From: the human T2T-CHM13v2.0 reference genome, Homo sapiens
DNA length: 64,000 bases
Strand: one strand, 5' to 3'
NCBI RefSeq assembly: GCF_009914755.1
Contig: NC_060931.1
Made by a program: the position numbers and the translations under genes
Notes under the pieces: generated by a model
Told to the model about the DNA's origin: nothing
What the model saw: the letters and a program-made list of their open reading frames with translations, nothing else
Databases searched by the model: none
Shown here: in pieces, positions 1-16,713 of the stretch
Layout of the letters: every line of letters begins with the position of its first letter
Position numbering within the stretch: position 1 is the stretch's first letter

Positions 1-913
1 TGTAACTTTTGCTATCCAACGTAAGTCTCAAAATAATAGTACACCTGTTTGGAACTTTATAGCTTCCCATTATGTTCTGGTGGAGAGAGCTAGACGACTT
101 TAAAACTGCTGAGATCATTATAGCCATGGACAACCTGTGATACTACTAGCCAAATTTTAGCAACGCAAATATGGGGTAGGAAAAATAAAGAATTCAAAAA
201 GACAGAAACAAATATCTTAATGAGGGAAGAGTAAGAAGTAAGACTAGAACTGTGTAATAAACATTCTGTCCAGTTACAAATGTGCCTGAGTTCATTGTAT
301 AGTTCATTGTATAGGCTTGTTTGGGGGTTTTTCTATTTGTTGCTCTTGTTGTTTTCTCTTGAGACCTGACAAAGTACCCCTTTGAAAGTTGTAGAGAACA
401 AGTCTCAGCTAGATGGACCCAAGTCAAAATCTAGCCATTATATTGGTGCTAGCCAGGAATAAACTTGATTAGATTGGCCAACCAGGGGGACACTGGCAAA
501 AGCTCTCATCTTCAGCTGACATCTGTGAAGAAGCTTGACTTGATGATACCTGGTAGCTTCACAGGGATCATCCAAAGTATGAGGGAACTTTTCACAGACT
601 TTTATGAATAATACTCAATTTGATTCTTACCATAAGGCTATTTGGGGCCAGAGAAAATACTGCTCTCTTTACTTTTCAAAGAAAGAAACAGATTCAAAGG
701 TAGCGAATGCTTTGCCTAGGGGCACCCTTCTAGTAGCTGTCATGGCTAAAAGTGAAGTCTTCAGATTCTTAGTCTATTGCTCTTTCTATTAACATCAGTT
801 TCTTCAACACCACTGGATTGCCATTCTTTATGAAATGTGATCAGTAAGACCTACTATATATGGGAAAAATTCTTAAAGACTATGGAGACTATATTTTAAC
901 TCATTGCAAACAT

Positions 914-928
914 AGAGAGTTGATCTTT
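914..928. repeat. Left target-site duplication of the L1 insertion (AGAGAGTTGATCTTT)
   Basis: 14/15 identical to 4660-4674 (AGAAAGTTGATCTTT); reconstructed empty site reads TCTTT/AA, an L1 endonuclease-type site. Confidence 0.8.
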
Positions 929-1274
929 TTTATTTTAATTAAACTTTTTATTTTAAGATAATTGTAGATTTACAAGAAGCTGTAAGAAATAATACAGAGA
1001 GATTCCAGGTGCCCTTTACTCATTTTCCCCCAATAGTAACATCCTTCAAATAAATACAATGTCATAATGAGAATACTGGAGTTAAATATAGAACATCTTC
1101 TTCACAACACAGATCTCTCATGTTGTCCTTTTATGTCCACACCCCTGCCCAATCCCCTCATTATTCCATGGCTACCACCGATCTGTTCTCCATCTGTATG
1201 ATTTCATTTCAAGATTGTCAAATAAAACAAAGCGTGCAGTATTGTAACCAATTGGGTTTTTTTTTTTGAGATTC
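929..1274 (-). mobile_element. Old L1M (L1MC/L1MD-type) 3' end fragment, probably transduced by the adjacent L1PA
   Basis: Minus strand ends TACAATTATCTTAAAATAAAAAGTTTAATTAAAA; plus-strand TGTAAGAAATAATACAGAGAGATTCC motif typical of L1MC/MD 3' ends. Confidence 0.8.
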
Positions 1275-4674
<3,400 letters not shown>

Positions 4675-6014
4675 AACACAAGTTTGAAAAAGAAAACAAA
4701 TTGCTTTTTGTCTGCTATCTAACTTTTCAGTAAGACTCAACAAAAGCAGTAAGTCTGTGAACATTCTACTTTATCATTAAAAATTTTATAAAAATGCTTA
4801 GAACAATGGGATTCCAAATATGTATTCAACTACTTAAAGTATCACATAATGAGTAAAGCCAAAGCCAACTCGAAAATACTTTAAGACTCTATGATACCAG
4901 CACTTTCTAATACAATTTAACATTGATCAACTGATCCTAATTCCACATAGTGGCCATTGCGAGAAAACACCAAATGACAAATCATTTGTAGAGTAAGATT
5001 ATCAAACCTATGAACAATATCATCCTCAGGCACTTACTTAATTTGCTTTCTGTTATTATTTCCAAATTTGGTTATGTTGACCCTCAAATTTCCATATTCA
5101 GAAAACTGAACAGCACTTTCCAGGCCAAGCCTTGCTGCTTCTCCCACAGGCTTGCAAAACATAATTTAATTGTGTCTCTCTCTCTCTTTTTTTTTTTTTA
5201 AGATAGCCAGTAACTTGGTTTTCTTCCCCTAAGGAAACATTACGCACCTCAGAGAAACAAGGAAAAATTTTAAACAGATACTTTGCAAAAATAATTACAG
5301 TTGACTCTTAATTTTCTGTGGTAGAGGAAAGCAGAGATAGCATGTGTGACTGAAATTCATGGACATGCCCCAAATTTCATTTTGAAAAGCAATTTCAACT
5401 TCTCATTTAAACAAACCTGTTATTTGCTGCAAAATTGGTTGATGTGAGCTTTGCTTCTTTTTTCGAGCCAGCCAGAGGGTAAAGCAGGGAATGTATAAAA
5501 TAGAAGTACCCTCAAACTTGATAATCAATTCCCAAGGAAATGAAAGTTAACCATAATCACTTGGCACTGCATAAAGAAAGAATTCTACAGGAAATGTAAA
5601 CACAGCTAAAACCGTCTGATGTTTACTGTTTTCAGAGTCTAAATGCCCTCTTTAAAACCAATATGTAAGAAAAGTCATTAGATTTTCTTTACCAAGTCTG
5701 TGATTATTTAAAACCAAATCATGAAGCTACAGATTTAGAAGTATCTCTAGGAAATATAAAAATGAAGATATCACGCTTAATCTCTATATTTCTATGTGAT
5801 GACATTAATTGGGAGGCTAAATTGAAGCTGTGCATAAAAAGCAGCTTCTCTGCTTCCAAAAAAGTGATTCATAATTCTAATTGTTTTTAAGTGCAAAGTG
5901 ACTAAAGAGGCAAGTTTAAGCTTTAGCTTGTAAGGCCCAAAATGCATTTTCCCTCTATAGAAATGTTCATTGTTCTTTCTGATCCTTAAATGTTTGAAGG
6001 ATCTTTAAAGAAGG

Positions 6015-6386
6015 TGATATCCTTTGGATGTTTGGCCCCTCCATATTTCATGTTCAATGTTCAGGGTGGGGCCTAGTGGGAAATGTTTGGGTCATGGAAT
6101 TGGATCCCTCATGCCCTCCTCATGGTAAGCAGTTTACATTAGAACTGGTTGTTAAAAAGAGGCTGGGACCTCCCCCCTCTCTCTCTTGCTCCCTCTCTTG
6201 CCATAAGACATGCCTGTCCCCTCTTCATCTTATATCATGAATAAAAGCTTCCTGAGATCCTAACCAGAAGCAAATGCTGGCATCATGCTCCCTATACAGT
6301 CTGCAGAGCCATGAGCCAAAAATAAATCTCTTTATAAATTAGCCAGTTTCAGGTATTCTTTATAGCAATACAAAATGGACAACACA
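6015..6386 (+). mobile_element. MaLR solo LTR (MSTB-like)
   Basis: TGATAT...ACAACACA termini; MST 3' motif AAATTAGCCAGTTTCAGGTATTCTTTATAGCA; TSD GAAGG/GAAGA. Confidence 0.88.
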
Positions 6387-6551
6387 GAAGATAAGACAGA
6401 TGAAGGCATGCTCTTGTTCTCTGGATACCCATTCAACCAAGGATCTTTTTCCAAAATGGCTGGTTTCATCTATCTGAATAAACTGTTGAGACATGTAATA
6501 ACCATGATTGATGATCTCCACAGTTGTTTTTAGGAAACACCCTCAATTAAA

Positions 6552-6740
6552 TAGCAGTTCTCAAAGTGTGGTTCTCACAGGCCAGGAGAATCAGTTTTAT
6601 CCAGGAATTTGTTGGATATTAAAAATCCTGTGCCCCATCCTGGGGCTGTTGAATCAGAAACTCTGGATTGAGGCCCAACAAACTAAATTTTAACAAGCCC
6701 TTCAGGTGATTCTGATGCATGCCAATGTTTGCACACACTC
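6552..6740. mobile_element. MER5A hAT-Charlie DNA transposon
   Basis: GTTCTCAAAGTGTGG start; GAATCAGAAACTCTGG...TTTTAACAAGCCC...GGTGATTCTGATGCA motifs. Confidence 0.85.
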
Positions 6741-7126
6741 CCTTAGAAGGCCTGACCTCTTACCATTGTCTCAAACTTATGAGAGCCTAAGAAAACCAGA
6801 ACCTCTGGAAACATCTAGGGGGTTGCAACAAACTTTCATCAATGGCTTTTATCATGCTTAGCCTATAAAAGTTTGGAATAAATGTTTAGCCTTCTTCTGA
6901 AGTATTAGATCACTAAACATCTATTGTCAATACTCATCTTCAAAAATGTTTCTTTTCATCTTTTATCAATACCTTTGTTTTACCACTTTCTGATCACCAT
7001 CGATTACATAGAATGTTAAAATTCACATGTTGTATGTTTCTTATTTCATTCCTTCAGCATCTTTATAATTGGTGAGTAACTCATTTCGTTAATGACATTT
7101 ATAAATTTTTAAATACTTTTAGTCAC

Positions 7127-7763
7127 TGTTATTCGTTAAGATTCTCCAGAGAAATAGAACCAATAGAATATATGTGTGTGTATATTCACACACACAGACA
7201 CACACACACACAGCACACACACATATGTATATATAAAGAGATTTGTTATAAGGAATTGGCTCACACAATTATGAAGGTTGAGAGGTCTCAAGATCTGCAG
7301 TCAGCAAGCTTGAGACCCAGGACAGCCAAGTACCAAGTACTTGGTCACAGTCCAAGTACCAACACCTGAGAACCAGGAAATCTGATGGTGTTCAGTTTCA
7401 GTCCAAAAGCTGGCAGGCTCCCAGACACAAGAGGAACCAATGTTTCAGCTTAATGACAAAGGCCAAGAAGAAGACCAATGTCCTAGCTCAGAGTATCCAG
7501 GCAAGAGGAGTTCCCTTTCTCTTGCAGGAAGGTCAGACATTTTTGTTCTGTTCGGAACTTCAACTGATTGGCTGAGACCCACTCACATTAGCCTGGGGGC
7601 GGCGGGGAGGGGGGCAGGCGGTGTTTATGGGGTGGGCAACTTGCTGATCCAAATGTTAATCTCATCCAAAAACACCCTCACAGACACATCTAGAATAATG
7701 TCTGATCAAATATCTGGACAATCCGTGGCCTGGTCAAGCTGGCATATAAAATTAACCATTATA
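7127..7763 (-). mobile_element. MLT2B-type (ERVL) solo LTR with internal (CA)n
   Basis: TTCTCCAGAGAAATAGAACCAATAG start, AAGGAATTGGCTCACAC, end CATATAAAATTAACCATTATA; TSD GTCAC/GTCAT. Confidence 0.9.
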
Positions 7764-9147
7764 GTCATTTTTAAATTACTACTTTTATTTTCCACAGAAT
7801 TGTATAAGTGTTCTGACTAATATGTTCAATATGCTCATCACTTTGCTCTTATTGGACATGATGTAGTTAATATTATGTATAAAGCAACTATAAATCAAAC
7901 ACAAACACAGTCTATGGAAGACACTAACAAATGACCCACTGGCTTAAATTAAAAGAGACAATCATGATGACATAGTGCACTGCTGATGTTGAGCAGTCAA
8001 CAATTTTTTGCTATACAGTGTACCTTTCATACATTAATAAAAGTTTGTAGTTGAAAGTTAATCAGGAGAGAGGCTTTTTTTTGCATAGTGCTAATTCAAC
8101 TGCAAATACATGAAAAATCCATCCAAATAGCAAAGCATTTTTTTTTTTTTACACCTGATCATGCAGCAGAGTGTTTCATTAATTGGCTATTTTGGCACCA
8201 GGCAAACTGATTCTAAATCAGAAGAAAACAATATTTCTTTGAGGTGGAAGGAATTTCAAATAATGAACAGCAAAAGCAAATACTTGTGGCATGCCTATTA
8301 TGCATGAGGTACTAGCTACATGTTAGGCCCCAAGTTTCCCAAATTAATGCTTCAAAACTAAACATTCCAAATCAGGCAGCTAAAAAAAAAAATGGTAAAT
8401 GTATCTATTCTATACTTTAAATGCTTCTATTGGGCAAGTTATATAATGTGTAATTTTTAATATTTTGTCTACCTCATTTATTAAATCAATGTGAATAAGA
8501 AATTCTTTTGTTTCACCTTTGTTATTTATAACTCTGGGAAGATGAGTTACACCTGCCCAATATAATGGACTAATCAAATTATTGTACAGAGAATTAGAAA
8601 TACAAATTAACCAAATCAGGAAAGAGATTATATGCAACTATTCAATGTTAAGGCCCAAGAGAGCCTATTTTTAAAAGACCATGGACAGTTACTAGAGTTT
8701 ATGTAATGTAATTATAAGTTTAAGACCAAAGAAATTGAAATGGCATGACTATATAAAGTTTTGAACACATACATAGAAAAGTATGGAGGAAAAAAGTGAT
8801 TTGGCATTCCTGAAATATAAAAAGCTCTTAAGAAGAGAAAGTAAACATGTTCAAAATTTGAATAAAGTAAGACAAGATTAGGACAAAGCTTTCTCTTTTC
8901 AATTAGATTAAACTGAAACACTGTTTATTTTCATAAGTGTCCAAATCTGGGTCAAAAAACTTCAGAACTATAGATGACTGTCAGTAAGTAAATGTGATAT
9001 AGTAGTTACATTCAGTATTGCTGGGGGTTACTGCAAAGACCCAAACACATACTCTTTAGTTTTTATAACTAGTTCCAAATTGACTCCACTTCAAGGCTAT
9101 AAAAAGATCCAGGGATCTCTTCATGCCTACAAAATTGAGAATTATGG

Positions 9148-9178
9148 GTTGCTGTTGTTGTTGTTGTTGTTGTTGTTG
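9148..9178. repeat. (GTT)n microsatellite
   Basis: About 10 GTT units, one interrupted. Confidence 0.95.
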
Positions 9179-9298
9179 ATGTATTGTGTGTTTGAATGTG
9201 TGATTCCATGTAGTTAAAAAAAGAGTAAGAAGGTAAGAAAGTTAATGATACAGACAGCAAGAATAAGCTAGTGCAGGTAAGCAGAGGTAAGAGGAGGA

Positions 9299-9469
9299 AA
9301 GGAAGGAGGGAGAGAGAAGGCTACTGGTTTGTATTGTTACTGATAAATACATTTATCAAGATGCGGAATTTAAAAGCATCAAGGAAGGAGGGAGAGAAGC
9401 TATTGGTTTGGATTGTTACTGATAAATACATTTATTTTATCAAGATGCAGAATTTAAAAGCATCAAGGA
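9299..9469. repeat. ~82-bp tandem duplication (2 copies)
   Basis: AAGGAAGGAGGGAGAGA...ATTGTTACTGATAAATACATTTA...TCAAGATGC(G/A)GAATTTAAAAGCATC occurs twice. Confidence 0.95.
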
Positions 9470-12400
9470 GAAATCAGAGTCAGGCTTTGCTCCGGATTCT
9501 ATTTTGTTACAGATTTACATAAGACATTGAATCTGAATCTCACCTAGAAATTCCTATGTTGCCGCCACACAGATGAGGTAATATAAATGAAATCTGTTTA
9601 GAAATTGTAAGGCACTAAATATGCAGGACACGCCATGAATCATGACCTCAGTAGGTTGTAAACAATCCTGTTTTGATAACCATCATCCTTCTTGTTTTCC
9701 AAATGGAAATGAAGTTAAATCAGAGGTGCAGAGCCAGTTAATGATGCACCTGAGGACAGGATTGTAGGATGTGTCCAAAACTCAACTAGTGTTCCATGCA
9801 CACTGGCCTAGTTCCTTCTTTAAACAAGAGATTATTTTACAGACCACATTGTGTCTTATGAATCAAGAATATGGTATATCCTAAAACACCATTTAAAAGT
9901 TAAAAGGATATTGTTTTCACTGATTCTAAGTCACCAGTGACTTGCTAGCTTTGGACAAGGGCAATGTCAATAGCAATGCCATATATTCAGTAATAAGAAG
10001 TATATGCAATAGAATAAAAAATTAGAAAAGTAATATTCTCACAAAATCCATTATAAAGAATGAGGTAATTTCTCTTCTAAATGATTCTATAGTCCCAAAA
10101 GATATAATGCCATTATAGAAACACATTTAAACAAACATAAAGCTAAATGAACTCATAATATGTGGCTTCTGCTAAGGCAAGACTGTATAAAAGGAGGATA
10201 AGAAAAATACCTCAGTGCTCAAGACAAGAACAAGTAAGAATTGTTTAGATTCTCACACTGTTTTCTTGGCGATTCAGACCTTTTCTAATTTAAGCAGCCA
10301 CCTCATATTTCTAAGTGCTTGTTAATTCTATACACTCCAGGAATTACTCTTTTAACCTGAAGAACTGTTTTATTGGAAAAGCCAACTTACAAAATTAATT
10401 CTCCTCTAAAACTATCGATGCTTTTTTAAAGTATATATCTGTATGGCCACTGTTGTCAATGCTAAAGAAGTGAGAATTGAAGGGAAAACTACAGATTATT
10501 TCAGCTCAATCCAGTGTCACAGTTGATTAAAACGCAGTCTGTATTTGTTACATTTTTGAAAAACCGGTGTTTTCAGTTTATTTTTATTATTTTTAAAAAT
10601 AATCTTATTACATTATGGATGAATAATCATACCTAGTATCTTTAAAGAAATGCGGTTCTGTGATGAACGTGGATATTATACTAATGCTAGCATCAATGCA
10701 TTTTAATTTTGTGTCTTTTCAGAACTACCGTAAATAATGAGTATGTATTTAATAGTTGCTTTCTTGCCAAATACATTGAGGCATTTTCTTACTAAACAAA
10801 TAAAGCATTCCCTTGATTCAAAATTTTATGCTCCATGTAGTACTCATGACAGGGGATGAAAAGGCCTGTTAGGCTGTTATCCTAACTGTTTTAAGATAAT
10901 TTCCCCAAGTTTGAGTCAACATAACTCAGTTTAAACAGTTTTTTTCTTTAACTTCCCATTACTCTTTCCTTTCTTTTCTCTAATTTTCATACCTTCTTTA
11001 AAAGTAGATTGACAGGAAAATGTAAGTTGAGGTCCATTACATAGGGCCTGCTTTGAACATGGCCCAAAATATTATTTGCAGTTACATAGTAATATCAGTC
11101 ATACTGCTTTGCTATACTGTAGGTGTTATAATTTATCAATTGTGTTGATCTGGCTCTACTAAGTCTCTTAATACTTTAGTACATGTCAGGTTTTTATATA
11201 AAAGATTTATATATATAATTATATAAATGTATAGAAGCCTATCTTTTTTCTCTATTTTATAGTAACATAATTTAGATTTACAGAAAACTTTTAAATGACA
11301 TATATTAAAGTATATTTTTTATGCTTTCTTTTCAGTTAAAGAAAAAATTTTAAAATGAAACATCATTTTATAAGAATGGTACTTAAAGTTTAAATGAGTC
11401 AGGCACATAGCTATGTGAAGATTGGTCTTTCCTATCATTAAAAAAAATAAGCATTTATCAACCAATTACCATGTCTAAGGCATTACATGCAAGGCTTTGT
11501 GTTTGATGACCATGACTGGCATTTGCAACCTCACATGATTTCTTCTGAGTTAAGAAGTCTTCCCATAAGAATTATTATGGATTTACTGGGGATTCTTCTA
11601 CTAGAAAATTAGAACTCTTTGGCATTTATTACATAATTTCGTCCAATCCTCTTAGTTTTTGGAATGAGAAACAACATGGCGTCCAGTGATATTAAATGAG
11701 TTGCCTGAAGTTAACACTTTCTGATCACCCCTTACAATCAAGCAGAAAAGCTAGTGCTCTGCATAGTACAGCGTCTGGGGGAGCTGTCAGGAGACAGGGC
11801 TGGTGCATAGCCTCAGGGCACAGACTGAACCAAAAAACAGAACCAAAATCTAAGTCCTAGTCACGGGCAAGTGTGGGATGCACGGAAAACTTCCAAGAAA
11901 GGGGCAAAGGAAAAATTCATATTCAAGTTCAGGTACTGGAGAAGTAGAACTGATCTAATGAAGCTTAGGGAGGCAGTACCGATCAGAGAGAGAATGCTTT
12001 TTATTGGGTAGCTGGACTAAGAAGACAATGGAATAGTGGAAAACTAACTAGTGGAAAACTAATTTCGAAATCCAATGGGGTTTTCATGAATCTCACCTTT
12101 TATTTATCTTTTAAAATGTTTATTGGCAATTTTATGTAGCCTACTACTCTGTCCCTCTAGAAATATTCTCTATTTTCCAGAATATTCCTGCCTTCAATAC
12201 TTATGCCCATGGTACCACTTACTCATGAAAAGGGCTCATCATCCTTTAACCAGTCAACATATTGCCTGCTTCCCACTCAAAGTCATCTTCCCCTTTATCC
12301 CCAGAGTTTTTATTACATGTATAACTCATTTGGAGAGGGACTCTACTCATTAGTAGGGTGGTAAGGTTTGCTCAAGATAAACTTAATTTATTCCTGTTGT

Positions 12401-13029
12401 TCTGATGTAATTATTAGTCAACCCCCTTCCTTCTGTAATGGTTTGGATGATAAGTTATATGGTCATTTAATTCCTTTAGTATTTAGTGTTTATCTCCTAA
12501 CCTAACCTATATCTTTCACATTAGACCATAGCTGCATGTAGTAGATGCTTTATCAGTTTTCCTGTTGATTCCTTGAGTGGTGAGTTACCACAGTCCTTAT
12601 CAATATAAAGTCCTACCAATCACAGGACAGCTTTAATAACTACAATTTTTATTTAGACTCATTATGTGAATTTTAACCATGTTGCCCAAATGACTATAGA
12701 AATAAGAATAAAATGGCAGGGGTGTTTTCATTGTCTCTTGTTTTATTTTTGAAATGTATCTTTCTGAAATACAGAGAACATTGCAAAAAACAAAAAGAAA
12801 GTAACATTATTCCACTTTCAAAAAAGATCCCTCTCCTTCTCACCAAGTCACTTATTCCAAGTGAGCAATTTATCTGACCCAATGATATAACTGATAAACT
12901 TTCTAAGTAATTTCTATCATGAATGCCATTTCATTCATTCCTGCTTAACTCCTAAACAAAGACAATTTAGACTAACACTGAAATATTAAGTGTGTCTACT
13001 TTGCCCTCACCCATGAAATACTATGAAAT

Positions 13030-13350
13030 TCTACTTTTCAAATTCCAGCTCAGATGTCACCTCCTTTGTGCACCCTTTCCTTTCACTCTTTTCTCCTCCT
13101 TTCCCTTCTCTGAGAGAGTGAGGCATCCCTACATCTGTATTCTTACAGCATCTTGTACATATTGATATTATAGCACTTACCACATTGTACCATAATTGTT
13201 TACATGCCTATCTGCCCCATTAGACTGATCTCCTAGGAGTCAGAAACCAAATATTTTTCATTTGTCAATTCCCAGCTTCCAGCCAAATGTCCCAATGCCT
13301 AGAACATATCACGGTTTTAGCAAATATTTGTTAGGTAAATGAATCAGTGA
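13030..13350 (+). mobile_element. L2 3' end fragment
   Basis: CAGCTCAGATGTCACCTCCT...TAGCACTTACCACATTGT...AAATATTTGTT..TAAATGAAT L2 hallmarks. Confidence 0.8.
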
Positions 13351-14424
13351 TTCAAACACTTTTAAAAAGTTATCAAAATGTTAAGTAATGTTCTGTATAT
13401 AAAAGACATTAATATCCTAAATGAGCACAGCTCTAACCTAATAGTGACATATGTACTGTTCATAGAATTTGTATTAAAGAAAGATCCTTTCAAAGACAGA
13501 AAGTGTTCACGATCACAAAGTCATTCTGACGAAGTGACAGGCAAATGACTTCCAAAGAGAAAATGCTATTCTGGAGTTTACACGTAGAAAAGACAGGTCG
13601 GAGGAAGCACCTGCAGCAGTGTGAAATAATGTCACGGAACCATTAACATCTAGGAGGCAATACCAATGAAGGGAAACTGATCAGAGATGAGGTGCTTTCA
13701 TTTTAACAAAACATAAGGAAATTGTGCCCTAGATTAGGGTCTAGATGTGTCAGTTCTCTCTACATTTTGCCCACCACAGAGGCAATCAACAAAGCAAACA
13801 ACAAAGTCAGCATAGTCAGCTTTGCTCAGCAACCAGTGAGAAAATCAGTCCAACTGGTGATGAGACATTAATAAAACCAAGTCAAAAGCAAAATCAAAAT
13901 CAAAAGCAAATAGTTGCATTGAGGTCTTCTTCATCTATCTTTACATTTTATCCAAATAGAGACATAAAATAAAAACAACTAGATATGTATATTTGATTGC
14001 ATTTTTTAGCCATAAGTTATCACAGTCCTTTCTTGATGACTGTGCCACACACAGCCTCTGAAAAATAATGACGTGCTTACAATTCCCCAGGTCCTTTTAA
14101 TAGAAAGGAATAACTCAAGAACCTTTAACATGGATTAATGTTTATGTGCATAAGCTTCTATGTATCTATAATCTTCTGTGATATTATTTGGGTATATAAA
14201 GCATGTATTGAAATGGAGTATAATGAGTTATCATTATATTATTTCCCACTAATTGAATGCTAGGGTTCCTTAGGGGAAGTACCTAATAAATGTGGTTACC
14301 CTCAAGAACAAAGTAAGCTCTCTTAGGTTTGGGGTTTGTAAAAGTGGGAAGTAAGGAGCAATAAAAGAACAGGATTGAGAAAGAGAGGCTATATTTTACA
14401 ACATCCTAGCTGGCCTTTTAGGGT

Positions 14425-14725
14425 TCATGTAATAGAACTAGAAGGAACCATTTAAGACCACCTTCTTATCCACTTCCTGCTTCTAGACAGGATTATATCC
14501 ACAACATTTCCAGTATGAGGAGTAATTCTGTTTTTAATAACCTCTGAAGGAGATTTAAACACTTTGATTTGTAACCTATGCTGAGTTTTGACAACATTCA
14601 TAATCAAATCATTCTTTGTAGAGCTGACCTAAATCCCTCTTAACCCAGTAGGATTTCATTTCCTATCTGTGCTCCTTAGAGGAGTAAGCTTATCACCTTC
14701 TTCCATATAGTCTTTCAGATACTTG
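14425..14725 (-). mobile_element. L3/CR1 LINE 3' fragment
   Basis: TAGAACTAGAAGGAACC...CTGACCTAAATCCCTCT...CTTTCAGATACTTG resembles the reverse of the CR1 3' end. Confidence 0.6.
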
Positions 14726-14894
14726 GTTAATAAATCTTGGGTCTGGAAAATGCCTGAGAGGGCTGGGATAAGCACTAAGCTCAATGGATCTTGATGGAGG
14801 CTCATGCTTAGAGGGTGGTCCTAAAAGTGACTCTTAATTCTCAGGGCCTTACACTGACAAGTCATGGCTAAGGGAGGGCGACACTGCAGGATCA

Positions 14895-15122
14895 TCTCAT
14901 TGGAGGTGCTACTGGCATCCTGGACAGACAAGTTCTTTGTTGGTGGGATTATCCTGCTCATTGCAGGACATTTAAAATGTCTTCCTTCACCCTCAGACTC
15001 CCCCGACAAGATGCTAATAGCACAACTCTTCAGACATTACAGCAACCAGAAATACATTCTCCATATCCACATTTCCAGGTGCCTCATGAGGGGGTGAAAC
15101 TGCCCCTGTTTGAGACCCACGG
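14895..15122. mobile_element. MER20-family hAT DNA transposon
   Basis: TTCTTTGTTGGTGGG..TCCTGCTCATTGCAGGA...AGATGCTAATAGCAC...CTGCCCCTGTTTGAGACCCAC. Confidence 0.7.
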
Positions 15123-16145
15123 GTCAATAACCCCGAGATGTACACTTATCAATTAGGCCAGAACCAATCAGTTTGTATATGCGGAAGGGAAAAGTCAATA
15201 CTTTTCTTTGGTATATTTCAAATAGACTTATACTTTCTTTCATATTCCTGGTCTGTTATAAGCCATAAAGAAATAATTTATAATAACAACAACTGTCACT
15301 TACTATTACCCAGCAGATTCTGTTTGCCATTTTTATATATTACACAACCATATTTAGATAAAACTAATAAACTCATTTTAAATATGAAGAAAATGAAGAT
15401 CACAGAGATCAACTCCCCTGTTTGAAGTCCCCCAGATTAGAACCAATAGAACCAAATCTACATCTTTCCACTTCCAAGGCCCTTACTCTTTTCAGAACAT
15501 CGATCTGTAATATATGCTGCCATATACTTGTAGATATTTTTCTAGGTGGGTCCCATGCACAGGAAGGAGACCTGGGGAGAAGATAACACTACACATGTGA
15601 TAAGCGAAGTCACAAACATGAGGAAGGTTACTCAGAGACTTGACAGAGTAAGGAGAGAAGGCAGTCAGCGTCACAACCCTAGAAAAATAGCAGAGAGACT
15701 AGAGTCAGGGAAAGAAGAAGAAGAATTTGCATAAATGTGTTTCTCATAAAAACCTAAGGCATTAATTTAGAAACTTCAGAATCACAACCTTTATATGACA
15801 ACCTAATTACACCAACATCTTACTGCAATGGTGAAGATGTGCGAAAGAATAGTCTTTAGGGCAAAGACAAAAATGCAATGACCAAGTAAATTTTTTTTTA
15901 TCTCTGTAATCCTACAATTTTTTTTATAATTTAAGAAATAGCAATTTTAATTCCCAACACAGAATTAAAGTATTAATTCTAAAGTGTAGGTAGGACAAAT
16001 TCCAGTTTTAGTCTATATTTCTATCTTCCAATAAATAAATATTTTGTTTCAGGAAATAAAATCGTGGAGTCAAGATATACACAAAACTGTTCAATATTTT
16101 AGGTACATAAACATGAAATGCTTAAACTTCCCCTTGTAAATAGAA

Positions 16146-16605
16146 TTTTCTGGGATACATGTGTAGGATGTGCAGATTTGTTACATAGGTATACGTGTGC
16201 CATGGTGGTTTGCTGCACCAATCGACCCGTCATCTACATTAGGTATTTCTCCTAATGCTATCACTCCCCTTGCCCCCCACCCACCAGCAGGCCCCAGTGT
16301 GTGATGCTCCCCTCCCTGTGTCCATGTGTTCTCATTGTTCAACTCCCACTTATGAGTGAGAACATGCGGTGTTTTGTTTCCTGTTCCTGTGTTTGCTGAG
16401 AATTATGGTTTCCAGCTTCATCCATGTCCCTGCAAACGACATGAACTCATCCTTTTTTTGTGTGGCTGCATAGTATTCCATGGTGTATATGTGCCACAGT
16501 TTCTTTATCCAGTCTATCATTGATGGGCGTTTGGGTTGGTTCCAAGTCTTTGCTATTGTGAGCAGTGCTGCAGTAAACATACATGTGCATGTGTCTTTAT
16601 AGTAG
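16146..16605 (-). mobile_element. L1PA (PA7/8-like) 3'UTR and ORF2 end, lacking a poly(A) tail
   Basis: ORF 16350-16631 contains YYKDTCTCMFTAALLTIAKTWNQPK; L1 3'UTR. Confidence 0.93.
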
Positions 16606-16713
16606 TGGAAGACAGTGTGGTGATTCTTCAAGGATTTAGAACCAGAAATACCATTTGACCCAGGAATCCCATTACTGGGTATATACCCAAAGGATTATAA
16701 ATCATTGTACTAT
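16605..16713 (+). mobile_element. Short inverted 5' segment of the same L1PA (twin priming)
   Basis: GTGGAAGACAGTGTGG...CCCAAAGGATTATAAATCATTGTACTAT is the L1 sequence immediately upstream of the minus piece, in opposite orientation. Confidence 0.9.

Noticed and set aside
474-496. CTCF-like motif GGCCAACCAGGGGGACACTG
   Set aside because: Mismatches at core positions and no supporting context; cannot be called without ChIP data.
10660-10740. GTGATGA as a snoRNA C box
   Set aside because: No CTGA D box or terminal stem at a suitable distance.
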